Shown piece after piece: positions 38,201-50,598 of a stretch of 64,000 bases of DNA. Each line of letters opens with the position of its first letter. Within the stretch, counting starts at the first letter, position 1. Under the pieces are notes generated by a model, which saw only the letters and a program-made list of their open reading frames with translations, searched no databases and was not told the DNA's origin. Both the position numbers and the translations under genes were made by a program. The stretch comes from Isurus oxyrinchus (Eukaryota): the NCBI GenBank assembly GCA_026770705.1, contig JANJGN010000151.1, positions 682,001 to 746,000 on the forward strand. The letters run 5' to 3'.

Positions 38201-38759
38201 TGCTGCAAAGACTTCAGGTGATATTTTAAAAGATACCTCACCAGCCACAGTCATGCTCACTTAACCGTGCCCCTCAATCTCCTCCCGCTTTGATTGGTAA
38301 TGGAGCTCATCAGCTGTGGCAGTTCTGACAGGGAATCCGAACGATTGTCATTATTTTCCGCTTCAAATGTCAGCGAATAGAGAGCGTGGGGGATTGGATG
38401 AGGGGATAGAGAGAGAGGGAAGAAAGAAAAACTACGTGTTAAACAGACAGAATAAGACCGAGATAAAGGGAGAAGCACTGAAAGAAGTCTGCTGAGAGAA
38501 AGATTCAAGAGAAACCCAAATGGTTAAGCAAAATGAGTGAAAGCACGACAGATAGAAAGATGGGGAGTGAGGGAGAAGAGAGAAAGAGAGAAAGAGAGAG
38601 CGATGGGGAGGAAGTGAAGGGGAGGAGGAGAGAGAGCTGCAAGCATAAAGTCAAAGGAAGATAGAGGAAGTGTTAACGAGATGGATTGACACCGAAGATT
38701 GGACAGACACAGTGAGTGAGAGACAAACAGATAGACAGAGTCTCACTCATGCAGCTAGG

Positions 38760-39515
38760 CAAGGGAAAGTTTGGGCAAGAGACATCAATAATTGGCCCAC
38801 AACTAGCACTGTTTGGCGTATATTTGTAGGCGGTTCTGGGAGACCAGCCAACCTTGACAAAGAGAAAAGCCCCAGAAACTGAACTGGACTAGCCACATAA
38901 ATACAATGGCTACAAGGGGAGGTCAGAGGCTGGAATTGTGCGGCGAGTAATCCACCTCCTGGCTTCCCAAAGCCTGTAAAACATGTATAGGTCACAAGTC
39001 AAAAGTGAGATGGAATACTCCCCACTTGCCTAGATAAGGGCTGCTCCCACAACACTCAAGACACTTGACACTGTCCAGGACAAAGTAGCCCGCTTTATTG
39101 GTACCACATGCACAAACATTCACTACCTCCACCACCAGCGCACAGTGTCAGCAGTGTGCATCATCTACAAGATGCGTTGCAGAAATTCCCCAAGGCTCAT
39201 TCGACAGCCCATTCCAAATCCACGACCACTGCCACCTAGAAGGACAAGGGCAGCAGATTGAAGGGAACGCCACTAACTGGAAATTTTCCTCCAAGTCACT
39301 TACCATCCTGACTTCGAAGTATATCGCCGTTCCTTCATTGTCGCTGGGTACAAACGCTGGAATTCCCTCCCTAACAGCACTGTGGGTGTACCTACACCAT
39401 ATGGATGCAGCGGTTCAAGAAGACAGCTCATCATCACCTTCTCAAGGACAAGTAGGGATGTGCAATAAAGGCAGACCCAGCCAGCGACACCCACATCCCA
39501 TGAAAGGATAGAAAA
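38760..39515 (+). mobile_element. LINE (CR1/L2 clade) 3' fragment
   Basis: SQVKSEMEYSPLA-type RT C-terminus plus the shared 3' tail. Confidence 0.8.
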
Positions 39516-39631
39516 AAGTTCTCACAATAAACATATACCCCTTTCTCTGAATGTACTTGTTAATGTCAGAGCGGAAGAGTCATCCGATTTTAAAAATCTG
39601 TTATTCTCTAGCATTGTATACACGAGGCATC

Positions 39632-40094
39632 ATGTGCTCCCCATATTTGTTATTGACAAGAATAGCCGTTCTACCTGTTGTTAAATGACGAGTTTCTGTT
39701 CTATTGGTTATATTTACTCGCAGAATTCTGAAATCTTTTGTGTTTTTGTTACAGGAACGAGTGGCAAAGATTTAGTGGCTCAGGGACCGCCAAAAATAAC
39801 GGTTCAAGAAGGACAGACCCTGATATTAGCTGCAGATGTTCCACGTTCTGTCGTAATTCCTCTCTCTACTGATATGTCCAGTATCCCGGGGCATTTCCTC
39901 GGTATTCAATAAAGAGGTTCGGGAAGGGACAGAGAGATAATTCTCCTGATTTCCTCGACCTGTTCTCTGCTGTTTTAGGCAGACAAAAAAACTGACGCTG
40001 AGCAGTTCCCAGTTCTCTAGTTTCTGTCTCTACTGTCTATCTCTGTGTGCTGAGCCTCGGTGTTAGTGAGACGCTGTCAGGCAGCACAAGAAGC
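39632..40094 (+). pseudogene. TCR alpha/delta V pseudogene
   Basis: Leader MCSPYLLLTRIAVLP with mutated donor. GKDLVAQGPPKITVQEGQTL.., LY*YVQYPG, TVYLCVLS. RSS CTCGGTG, 23 bp, ACAAGAAGC. Confidence 0.9.
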
Positions 40095-40622
40095 CACAGA
40101 AAACTCTCACTTTTTTTTCATTGAATCAATTTTGACCCTGAACTGTTAACGGAACAGAAACCAAGGTAAAGACTAGTTATGTGAAATTGCACATTTCTGT
40201 GTTGCAGACCCCGTTATTGTCCATCTGTTTAATATTCCAATTAATATCAGCTGTGCGAATTTCCCATGGTCAGTGAGCAGTTCTTTTAATGCGAGTCTCC
40301 GGCATTGTGGACAACATTAAAGAGAACATTAACTATTCCCCCTCACTGCCACCACTTCACACTGACTCTGCGAGTGACCCAGAATTCAGTTCAATCCTCG
40401 GCTCAGTCCCCTTGGGGGGGACGAAGACTTCGCTGATTTGCTGCACCACGCTCTGACGCAAACAAAGTTTGTGCAGCTGATTGGACATCACTTGTTGAGA
40501 CTTTCAGAAATTAACCAGTCGCTGAAGAGACCGAGTACAAATGAAAATCATCCCAACCCTTCACTGAAACATTTACAGATTCAACCTGTCCTGTTTCAAT
40601 CCGCCATTAGCTCGCTGTAAAA

Positions 40623-41179
40623 ATGTTGGGTTTTATTTTTTATTCATTTCTCACAGTTGCAGCTCTCTTACCCGGTAAGTCTACTAGTTATAGGATTTCC
40701 TCTTGCAGGTAAAATTAATATTTTTTTTAAAAATTCAGTCTTATTCCTATTTAGAATGTGTTCCCTCACTTAACCTAATAAACTGGGATAAAGTAATAAA
40801 ATCTTAAAGTTCCTTAATTTTTAATTTCTGCAGGTGTAAGTGGTGCAGACTCGGTCTCACGTGGGTCAGATGCAGCGATGCAGTTTGAAGGAAACTCGCT
40901 GACCATTCATTACAGCTATTCCACCAATGCAACTAGATATTCCTTACAGTTATACTGTCAGCACTGGGGTAAAGCCCTCACATTCTTAATCTACATCCCG
41001 AATTACGGAAATGTTTTCAGGGCAAGGGACGTGGGGACTCGATTTTCTGGATCTCTCGACACTTCGAAAACTGAGGGGAATTTCACCATCAGTGACCTGG
41101 GGCTGTCTGACAGCCCGGTGTATTACTGCGGACTGAGAGACACAGTGACAGGGACCAGAAGGGGCGCCGTACAAAAACA
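40623..41179 (+). CDS. TCR alpha-type V segment, open frame, non-canonical (no Cys23, no Trp41); leader 40623-40674, V exon 40834-41140, 23-RSS
   Basis: MLGFIFYSFLTVAALLPG|VSGADSVSRGSDAAMQFEGNSLTIHYSY...LQLYCQ...DSPVYYCGLR with GTAAGT/CAG splice sites. RSS CACAGTG, 23 bp, ACAAAAACA. Confidence 0.92.
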
Positions 41180-42019
41180 GTGCTGCAATATTTCAAAGTG
41201 AATTGAGCAGCGGACTGTGTAGCGATATACAGGGAATGCACGTTCTTTTCCAAGTAAAGCCACCAGGCAATCTGTTCACAAGGCAACTCCCATCAACTCT
41301 GAGTAGGTGAGTTCAAATGCAGAATTCATCCACTCGAAAATTCAGCAGGAGAATCCCTGTGCGGATCTTTTTGGTAACCCGACCTGTTAATGTCTGATGC
41401 ATAGGAAATTTCTCTTGTTTATTGCCCGTGTATTTTCACACTCTATTTAGTGTGCCACTAACACAAGAATTACAAGTTAAGATCTACTCGTTGTGTGAAC
41501 GCAGTAGAATGCTGATTAAACCCGACTTCATCACAGTCAACGAGCTCAGTCTAATTTGTGATTATGAGTGAAATAACTAAAAATCTCCATCTACATTCAC
41601 AGCCCTGTATTTCTTTCTTTGAGAAGACCTTCATGCCGGTTCATTAAAGTTCACACTGTCCCTCAGGTCAATTAGAGATCAAGCTGAGTACACTTACCCG
41701 TCTTTCTCTCTGATCAGCAGAATGCGACGTTGAAGTCTCAGTTCTCTGTAATAAAGACTTTCACCATATGGTGATGGAAATGACATCAGTCCCAATCAGA
41801 TCCAGTGATCTCAGCTTCTCCAGTCTTATGTTCTGCAGGAAGTGACATCAGACCAGTCTCAGCCAATGCTGTCAGATTATTCTTGTTCGATACTCTGCAG
41901 ATCTCTGAAGCACAAAAAGTCTCTTGAATTCCCAGTGCAGCAGCAATGCGAGTCTCCATTCTCGCTGTGATCTGGGTGAGATTCACTGTCTGTAAGAAAT
42001 TTAGCAGTTTTAAAAGGGT

Positions 42020-42600
42020 TTAATTTTCGGATGAATGAATTTAAAAGCAAGGGAGTACATGTTAAAAATGCAGCAGATCTTGGTTAGAGCACACATGAGC
42101 TATCGTGAGCAATTCTGTACTCTTCCTTACGGGAGGAATTTACAGAGGCATAGACACAATTCAGCAAGGCATTACATTGACGATGCCAGGTGTAAGAGTT
42201 AAAGAAAACACTGCACAGACTGGCCTCCTTTCCGATAATAAAGAAAATACAGATGGGTAACCAAAAAGGGTTCTTTTAATAATGATGGAGTTTGAAAGGG
42301 TAGACATGGAGATGTTTCCACTTGTACTTAATTCAAAACTGTGGGGTATATAAGTGACCAAAAGATCCAACATAGAGTTCAAGAGAAATTTATTTATCCA
42401 AAGGTGGGATGGAATTCGTGAATCACTATCACCAGCAGGCGCTGAAGTGAACTGATGCATTTAAGGGACACAGAGGGTGAGTGGAATCGGAGGATATGCT
42501 GAGAGAGTGAGATAACGATGGATAGGCTCTCTGGAATTGTAAACACCGAAATATTGAGTAAGGTGCTATTTTCTGTGGTTTAGTTTGTATATCATTTTCT
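42020..42600 (+). mobile_element. Old CR1 3' fragment
   Basis: Decayed LVRAHMSY and RVDMEMFPL motifs. Confidence 0.65.
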
Positions 42601-42689
42601 ATAGCATTGTTTGCGAAATTTCACCGTTAGTTCAGTTCAGTTGAACTTTTAATCTCTAATTTCTGTTTTCTTTAACCGTGTGTTCCAGA

Positions 42690-42840
42690 TCTGAGCGATG
42701 CAGATTATATTATTCAGCAGGAATCCTCAATCTGCAGTTTGTTCTCTCGGTCGCTGCTGGAAACTGTTGGCTGACTGTCTGATTCGAGGTGAACGTGGTT
42801 TCCTCTCGGTTTGTGCTTGAGCGGTTGATAGCACAGCTGA
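42690..42840 (+). pseudogene. Internally deleted V relic
   Basis: Acceptor then DLSDADYIIQQESS (FR1-like), LSDS, and an end tgtgc...agcacagctg like that of the V at 49338. Confidence 0.4.
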
Positions 42841-42914
42841 ACATTGTGGTTGCATCTGCCCGGGTTTCTACAAATAAACACAAATGGACAGGAGGTCCGA
42901 GTCACAGTTCAAAG

Positions 42915-43397
42915 AGAGTTTGTTCGCAGGTGTGAGACTGTTTTCCATCGTTAACAGAGAAGCAGTACACGACAGCATCAGTCAACTGCAGATCTGAATT
43001 GGATAAAATAGTGAATTTCGCGAAGGTCTGGAGCTTGACTGAGAAACGGATTTGGGCAAAACCTGTTTTATCTTCATAATCGCTCGTAGATTTCAGCAAT
43101 ATAAACTGGAGCTGGGCGCCTAGCTGTTGCCTGTACCAGTATAGCCAATAGCTGCTTTGTGTCAGATATTAACTGCAGCTTAAAGTCACTGCTTCCTCTT
43201 TTGCCTTTGCATCTGAGGACAGCGGTTCTTACAGAATTTCCATGAATTAGATGTGAACAACATGCTGAAACAGAAAAAAAAAATCAGAACATTTAAAAGC
43301 TGTGTGGGAAATGAGAAAAATAAAGATGAAATGTGCGTTGTCCAAAATTACCTGTCAGAAATGGTCCCCATACAAGCCAGATGTTGAGTAGTTGCAT
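42915..43397 (-). pseudogene. TCR alpha/delta V pseudogene
   Basis: Leader MQLLNIWLVWGPFLTG (43352-43397). AVTLSCS*YLTQSSYWLYWYRQQLG...DLQLTDAVVYCFS. RSS decayed. Confidence 0.9.
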
Positions 43398-43929
43398 TGT
43401 CGCTGTCCGCTCTGTAAAAGGGGAGTTGGATATTTAAAGACACTCGTTTTAATCCCCCAATCTCAATAATCTGCTTTCGTGTCTCCGGATGTTCTCACCT
43501 CACTTCCTTCGGTCCCCAGTGGTGCTGTGAGAGGTAGGTGGTGAGCTAGCCCTCAGTGAATGTAAACACCCAGAACTGGACTATGGTCAGTGTTTTTTAC
43601 AGGGGGAATGGCTCATCTTTAGAGACCGAGGGTGGTGTTCTGGCTGTCAGTGAATTTAATCACCCAGGGCGATATTTAGTGCCCCTAATGGGGGAATGGT
43701 TCTGTTTTAGGGACCAGCGTAACAGTGGCTGATTATTTAACCAGGAAACACAAGGTTGACCTGTCCGGGAGGAGAGTCAGAACAGTGACCCACTGACATT
43801 TCCCTCAAGCATCGGTTAACTATTGAGCTAAGGACGATTCTGTGTTTTGTCTCAGTGATTTTTAGAACCGTGTTATTATAAAGGTGATAGCTATTTTTAG
43901 TGAACAGGTAATTGAACAAACCTAGAGAA

Positions 43930-44275
43930 ACAATCCGAGAGGAATTCACCAAGGCTTCTTCGACAGCAATTTCCAAACCCATGACCACTACCATCTGGAA
44001 GGACAAGGGCAGTAGATAGATGGGAATATCACCACCTAGAGATCCCCCTCCGAGTCATTGATCATTCTGACTTGGAAATATGGCACTGTTCTTTCACTGT
44101 CGCTGGATCAAAATCCTGGAACTCTCTTCCTAACAACACAGTGGGTGTGTCTACACCATGCGGTCAGCAGCGGTTAAAGAAGGCAGCTCACCACCGAATT
44201 CTCAAGGGCAATTAGGGAAGGGCAATAAATGCTGGTCCAGCCAGTGAAGTCCACATCCCGTGAATGAATAAAAAA
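43930..44275 (+). mobile_element. LINE/SINE 3' tail fragment
   Basis: Shared tail ending catcccgtgaatgaataaaaaaa. Confidence 0.8.
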
Positions 44276-46534
44276 ACAGCTATCCCTCTATTTTAAACAA
44301 TATTTCGAGCACTGATCCCTGCTGTTGTTTATGTACACCTTTGTGTAAACCTCAGTCGTGAATTCTGTCCAGCTTTGTGCAAGTAAGGATATATTTAAAC
44401 AGCCATAACTTTCAGACTTCGGGCTTGCAAATAGGGAGAAAAGAGATTATGTCACATCGACTGTCTGCAGCCAGTTACAGAAGGCAGAATGCTCCGGGCG
44501 GGTCAAAGCTCCCAGGGGGAGGTGCAGGGTGCATACTCATTAAAAAGTACTTGAAACCCACTGTGCATAACATTCCGTACTTACAACTGTCAATCAGATT
44601 AGAAAAGGAGTTGGGCAGAGAGAAACAAAATAAAACGGTTTTGAAGTGTCCTTCACTCCTTTAACATCGATCCCCACCCTCGGGACAGTGAATGGCTTCA
44701 GAAATCACATCTCATCACATATTTCCTTCATATTTTAATATCCCTTTCCCCTTCTTCAGAAATATCACCTCAGGGTGTATTATTCCTTTCCTCCTCTTCA
44801 GAAATCCCAATTCAGGTGTATCTTTCCTTCATATTTTAATATCCCTTTCCCTATCCTCCATACTTTTCATTCACTTGCTTTGCTCAGTGATTAACTTCAG
44901 ATTTTAATCCGTCGTTATGACTTCCTGAGGATCATTAAGGAAGAGCTGCTGTTGAGGTAGAAGCAGAGATAGATTGCTGACTGTGATTGATGTACTTTGA
45001 AAATACATTGAGAATTAAACTTGGGGTATCCGGCCCTCACCATGGACCTGTCTTAATGCAAGGCAAACATGCAAAAGTTTCAATAGCTTCATTTTCCAAC
45101 CTAGCCTTCTTACACCAGAATAGTCACATGAAGATAAAAAGGTGAATGTCCCAATTGGATACGTCATATTTCAAGACAGTGGTTAGAATCATAAAATGAT
45201 GGAGCGGTGACAGCACAGAGGAAGACCATTCATCCCATTTTATCCGTGCCGACCTTCTGTGAGAGCAGCTAAGCCAGAATACCTGCCTTCCTCCCATAAT
45301 CCTGCAAATCGTTTCAGAAATTCCAGCAAGATCAGTTCTCTGGAAAATCTTTTCTTATTGTTGATCGATTCGCTTTTTGATCTTTTAATTTTCCAGAGTA
45401 CGGCTAACGCGACAGCTTCCTATCTGTTTGTTCTCCGGCATCTAACCAGGTGGCCGATGTGTTCCTCAACAGCACATCCGATAATCGGGCTGGTTGGAGT
45501 TTGCAAAGGTCAAAAGCGATTGGTGACAAATCACTTTGGTGGCGCAGTCAGGTCCTCGCGATCTGGCCCGAAATCAAACTTCACCCACTGCTGCTCTGTG
45601 TGGAAATCTGCCCAGACAAAGTGGTTCCAGACGTACCTTTCTCGAGGAAGGTGACTGGACTGAGCAATGAGTCAGAAAGTTCACCTTTTAAGGCACTCGG
45701 GACTAGTGAATTCAAGGGAGACGTCAGCGTTATTGCTGCCGGTGAATGGATCCACCCAGCCGAGGGGGGCGTGGGGTTGTGGGGGGGTGGGGCTGTAATA
45801 CAAACAATTAATGCAGCTGAAACAAAATGTAAAATTGCCTTAATTATTGAAAAGTAAGAAGGTAGAATAGAGAACATATAGACCTGCTGGTGTTACTATA
45901 ATAACTGCAGATGAATGTGAAAGAGATCAGAGGGTCGAGCGGGTTCCGATTTGCAGGGCATGCAGTCAAGAATACCTTGCATACTGACAGTAGGAGATAT
46001 CTTTTCACCATACCTTGACATTGGCAGCGTTAAAAGGATATCATATCTGTGGTCGCTGTTCAACTGCAGCATTTACCTAGACAGCGCATGGACAAAACAA
46101 GTGTGAGAAAGTTGCTTCAACAATAATATGCTCATTGAAAATGATATAACTCCACCTCTCCATGAGAACCATGTTAGTTCCAGGTTCACGAAATGAATTC
46201 CAATGTTGTTATATAGTTGCAAATCCCTTCACCATTGAGCTCGGGTTGAAGTATGCGGGTGAAAGCAGATTTTGGATGACCAGAAAAATCCCAACCCAAT
46301 CCGAATTATAATCCATTGTCATAGCAAATGTACTTAATTCAAAACTGTCAACTTGAGGTAACTACCTTATTTGTATTAAAGTAAGGTATGAAATTTTTAG
46401 CATGATCAAAGATAGATTATTATGAATTCAAACCGAAGGACTGAAAATATTTTATTTTCTGAATTTAGATGGAAGCAAATGCCAGTCCGCATTCTTTGGG
46501 ACAACATGACCTGTGGTAGACACAGCGACCCGGC

Positions 46535-46549
46535 ACCGCCACCTGGTGG
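46535..46549 (-). promoter_or_regulatory. CTCF-binding motif (CCACCAGGTGGCGG)
   Basis: Strong consensus match about 300 bp upstream of a putative V leader. Confidence 0.6.
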
Positions 46550-46850
46550 TCTGGTTTAAATGGTCACCTTTGAGAGGATCACAGAGACCATTGCTCACGA
46601 TTTGTGTTCTTTCTGTTTCCATTATTCGGTCTGATTCAGGATAATGAAACGGACGCTCCTCCCACCTTCCAACAAAGCTGAGGGAGAAATACTTCACTCT
46701 GTGAAGTGAAGCCCCAGAAGCCTGTTCCTAGCGGGTACAGTGTTCTTGTGTTCGTTAAGATTGATGCACAACAGCACTAACTTCTCCAGAAGCAGTTACC
46801 CTGACCTGGATCTGCCGACAATTAATTTACCGAAGTTGATAGGACACGAC

Positions 46851-47732
46851 ATGAAGCTTAGCTTCATTTTATTGGTGGCCTCTCTGGATTTCTCACTCTA
46901 TCCTCCACGTGATTGCGGCACACAACATTAGATACAATATGACTATAATATCGTATATAGTGCAATATATATTGCCACAACATAATATATATTATTCGTT
47001 TATGGGGTGTGGGCGTCGCTGGCCGGGCCACCATTTATTACCCATCCCTCCCTAGTTGACCTTGTTCAGGTGTATTTAAGCGTTAACCACGTTGCTGTGG
47101 GACTGGAGTCACATGTTGGCCAGACCAAATAAGGATGGCAGATTTCCTCCCCTAAAGAGTATAAATGAACCAGATGGGTTTTTACGACAACCGACAGTGG
47201 TTTCATGGTCATATTCCCAGATTTGTATTGAATTCAAATTTCAGGATTTGTCGGGGTTCGAATTATATATATGTATATATATGTAGATATATATAAAAAT
47301 ATAATTATGCTATATTCTGCTGGATTGCATTTTGCTGTATTCTATCAACATGTATTTTGTTATTTTGTATTTTATTGTTGTATGTTATAAGGAATTGCGT
47401 TATATTTTACTAATTATGTGCCATTATATCTAATGTAACTGGCAGTGATGGAACATGACAGTAAGCGGTTGTTGCAGAAGGGGACATTGTAACATTGACG
47501 TGTTTTATCACAGTAGCAGGGCGGATCCTACAATGGTACAGACAATATCCGGACTAAACAGTGCAGCACCTGGTGAGAAGTACCAGCGATCGGAAAAGGA
47601 TCAAGGTTTGGCCCAATTTAGCATAGTGAAGTGCTCTGAATGTTAGCAACACTTCAGTGACAGACGGTGCCACCTATTTCTGTTCGTTTGAGACAGAAGG
47701 TGTTACCTCGCAATAAGGATCATAGAAAAGCC
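46851..47732 (+). pseudogene. TCR V pseudogene
   Basis: Putative leader MKLSFILLVASL. AVVAEGDIVTLTCFITVAGRILQWYRQYPD*...SALNVSNTSVTDGATYFCSF. RSS CAGAAGG, 23 bp, AGAAAAGCC. Confidence 0.85.
47000..47260 (-). mobile_element. SINE-like repeat in a V intron
   Basis: Homologous to 54385-54710. Confidence 0.7.
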
Positions 47733-47935
47733 TTCTGAGGGAGAGGGTGACAATTTGTAGCCTCTGCCCTCATTAAAGAACTGGGAATTTGATAACAATC
47801 TGACTGGAAAAGGGCCCTCAGTCCCCTAATAAGTGAATACTGCCCAGATCAGAATTCACACTATAAGATCAGACCAGAAGGTTCAACATCCGTTTAATAT
47901 TCATTTATGTCCTGTCAAAATGGAAATAAGACACC

Positions 47936-48290
47936 ATGTGCCTCCCATGTTCCTTCTGAAAATGTGTTCAGTGGGCCAGTGTTGAAATAATCATTGGGTA
48001 TTTCATGCTTAAGTCTAGTCCTAAACTTTGGCGCATTCTGTGCTTTGTTACAGGCAAGAGGGAGAGAGAGAGTGAGAGTTCCTGCATCCCTCTGGGTTAA
48101 CGGTCTGGAAGAAAAGATAATGATGTTAGGCTGCAGTTACTGCATACCTGATAACTTTCTCTAGCTCTGCTGACACATTAATATTCCGGGTGAGATTCGA
48201 GGTATTTACTGAGGAGGTGTAGCTCGAAACATTGAGTTAGATCTCAATATTTCCATCCAAGCTCCCTGTTGACGTAGGAAAGGACCAAGA
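47936..48290 (+). pseudogene. 3'-truncated TCR V pseudogene (paralog of 39632)
   Basis: Leader start atgtgc, acceptor ttgttacag, MMLGCSYC.., L*LC*H..PG, RYLLRR. Confidence 0.65.
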
Positions 48291-48411
48291 GAGTAATACA
48301 ACAATTTGAGAAATAAACCTACCAATCTTTCTCCATGGGCTTCCTCGGGATCAAATTCCCCACTGGTAAAAGCGCAAAAGAACACTTGACAGTGTTGTGA
48401 GTAGTCGCTCA

Positions 48412-48690
48412 GGATTTTATACGGCGACTTGGCTGTTATCTGACGCTGTGTTTCACTGCGCCATAATAGACCGCGCTGGCCTTCATACTCAGACCGCTTT
48501 TTTTGAGGTAACCAGACTTTGTAGACCTGTCAGCAGCCACCAGATATTGTCCTGAGATTTTTGCCTTCTTTCAGCACCACTGTTCTGCTGATTATCCAGC
48601 CTGGAGGATGTGTTGGTTTCTGCTGTTACCATTGCCTGTAGTAAATATCCATGGTTTTTTATTCACAATATAACTACACCGAACCTCCAT
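48412..48690 (-). pseudogene. 5'-truncated TCR V pseudogene (inverted paralog of 53647)
   Basis: GGSV*LYCE..YYRQW*QQKPTHPPGWII...SGQYLVAADRSTKSGYL..SAVYYGAVK. RSS CACAGCG, 23 bp, ATAAAATCC. Confidence 0.88.
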
Positions 48691-48699
48691 CTAATATGA

Positions 48700-49340
48700 C
48701 AATGAAAATACCTGGTAAAAATCAGCAGGTCTGACAGCATCTGCGGAGAGGAACCCAGTTAACATTTTGAGTCCGTATGACTCTTCAACAGAACTAAGGA
48801 AAAATAAAAGAGAGGTGAAATATAAGCTCGTTTAATGGGGGGCGGGGGGGTTTGGTGGTGGGGGGTGCGGTGGTGGAGACAAGTAGAGCTGGATAGAGGG
48901 CCAGTGATAGGTGGAGATTTCCAGAAGATGTCATAGACAGAAGGCCACAGAGATGTTGACGGTGGTGATATTAGATAAGAAATGTGCTAATAGGTGACAT
49001 TAAGGGTAGAAAGCAGGACGAGCAAGGTACAGATAGCCCTTGTGGGGTTAGGGTGGGGGGAAGGGACCGAAATAGAGATAAAACAATGGATGGAAATACA
49101 TTCAAAAGTAATGGAAATAAGCGGGAAAAGAAAAATCTATATAAATTATTGGAAAAAAGGGGGGTCGGAAAGGGGGTGGGGATGGAGAAGACTGTTCATG
49201 ATCTAAAATTGTTGAACTCAATATTCAGTCCAGAAGGCTGTAAAGTGCCTAGTCAGAAGATGAGGTGCTGTTCCTCCAGTTTGCGTTGAGCGTCACTGGA
49301 ACATTGCAGCAGGCCAAGGATGGACATGTGGGCATGAGAG
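48700..49340 (-). mobile_element. Penelope-like retroelement fragment (GIY-YIG endonuclease C-terminus + 3' UTR)
   Basis: SHAHMSILGLLQCSSDAQRKLEEQHLIF*LGTLQPSGLNIEFNNFR. Confidence 0.88.
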
Positions 49341-49630
49341 GGTGGACATGCATTTCAACACGCCACCCTGTACCGACGATGCTGATTCCTTATGCTGGTA
49401 CCGGCAGTACCCAGGTAGACAGCCCGAATTTGCAGTCCGGAGGCTCACGGGTGGCAGTTCAGTATTTAAGGCGGATTTCGCTCAGAGCTGGTTTTCTAAT
49501 ATAGTCTAGCAGTTGTATCGATTGACGATCTTGGAGTTGTGGCTGTCTAACACCGCGGTCTATTGCTGTGCACTGAGTCTCACTTTCTGGAGCACAGCTG
49601 CTGTCTGTTGAGGGCTGTTTATAACAGCGG
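49338..49630 (+). pseudogene. 5'-truncated TCR delta-like V pseudogene
   Basis: DSLCWYRQYPGRQPEFAVRR..FKADFAQSWFS.IV*..LTILELWLSNTAVYCCALS. Candidate heptamer CACAGCT at 49593-49599. Confidence 0.88.
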
Positions 49631-50598
49631 GTCAGACACTGGCACGTCAATCCATTCTGTTCGAGCACAATCCACGGAATCACCATCTAAATCGCTCGCA
49701 TTGAATATTGATTCAGTCTGATTACTGTATTAAATGTGGGGGGCAGAATCCTATTGCTTATTTGGGAATGTCTGAGAGATCGCCATATCCATTGAGAATA
49801 CAAACACCTGAAAGTGGCCTGCGCCGATTTATATCAGTGCACTGCTGTTCATGAAACAACTGATGGCAAAGGAACAAATGTTTCTTTTGTGTTGAAATAG
49901 CCAGTAGTGAGACATAAGGCCACTAGGTGAGGAGAATCCGAATAAATATAATGACCTGATTAAACATCTCTCGATATTAGTTGTTTCCATATATTGAAAT
50001 TAAGAACCTATAAAATAAACAGGCACAAAGAGGTTATTTTCAAGACATGATTAGAAGCTGATGAACAATGATTAATAGATTGTATAATCCACAAGGACAG
50101 GCTGCTGTGTTCTAGGCACCGGAACAGATGACCAGGTAACCGACTGAATACTAAAGCTTTTTTTTTAAGTATCAGAAAGTTTGAGCACTGAAAGCGCTTT
50201 GGGAAATCTGAACACACTAGGTAAGGCTTTATGAAAATGCAAAGCCTTTGTCCTTTTTTGCTGCGCCTCCCTTCAGTGATATATAACTGATGCTGCATTT
50301 GTGTTGTGTGTACCCTCTGTAACGGCTGGAACATAAGCTCAACTATTTTGCTCAGCATTTCTGCCGTTTATTCTTTAATTTACAAAAATAGGATGACTTT
50401 TCTGAACACATTTTACATTATGCTCAGGATGTATTCGATCTAAATGGAAAAATTCAAAATGCTGCACCTGTTGCTATCGGCTTGTTATTTATTTGGATTT
50501 ACTTTAAATGAGCACATTCCGGTTATATGCTTTGAAAGTCTTTGTTCCTCCCCACTCTACCCGCCATTCCGTTCAACGGGTCACGTTTCTGCAGTGTT

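Noticed and set aside
37972-38241. 89-aa ORF with LTLRFEISEL and a nearby ggtttttgg
   Set aside because: No Cys/Trp framework and no heptamer at 12 or 23 spacing
41150-41168. CTCF-like sequence within the RSS spacer
   Set aside because: Spacing is one base short of the consensus core and it is not kept in the paralog
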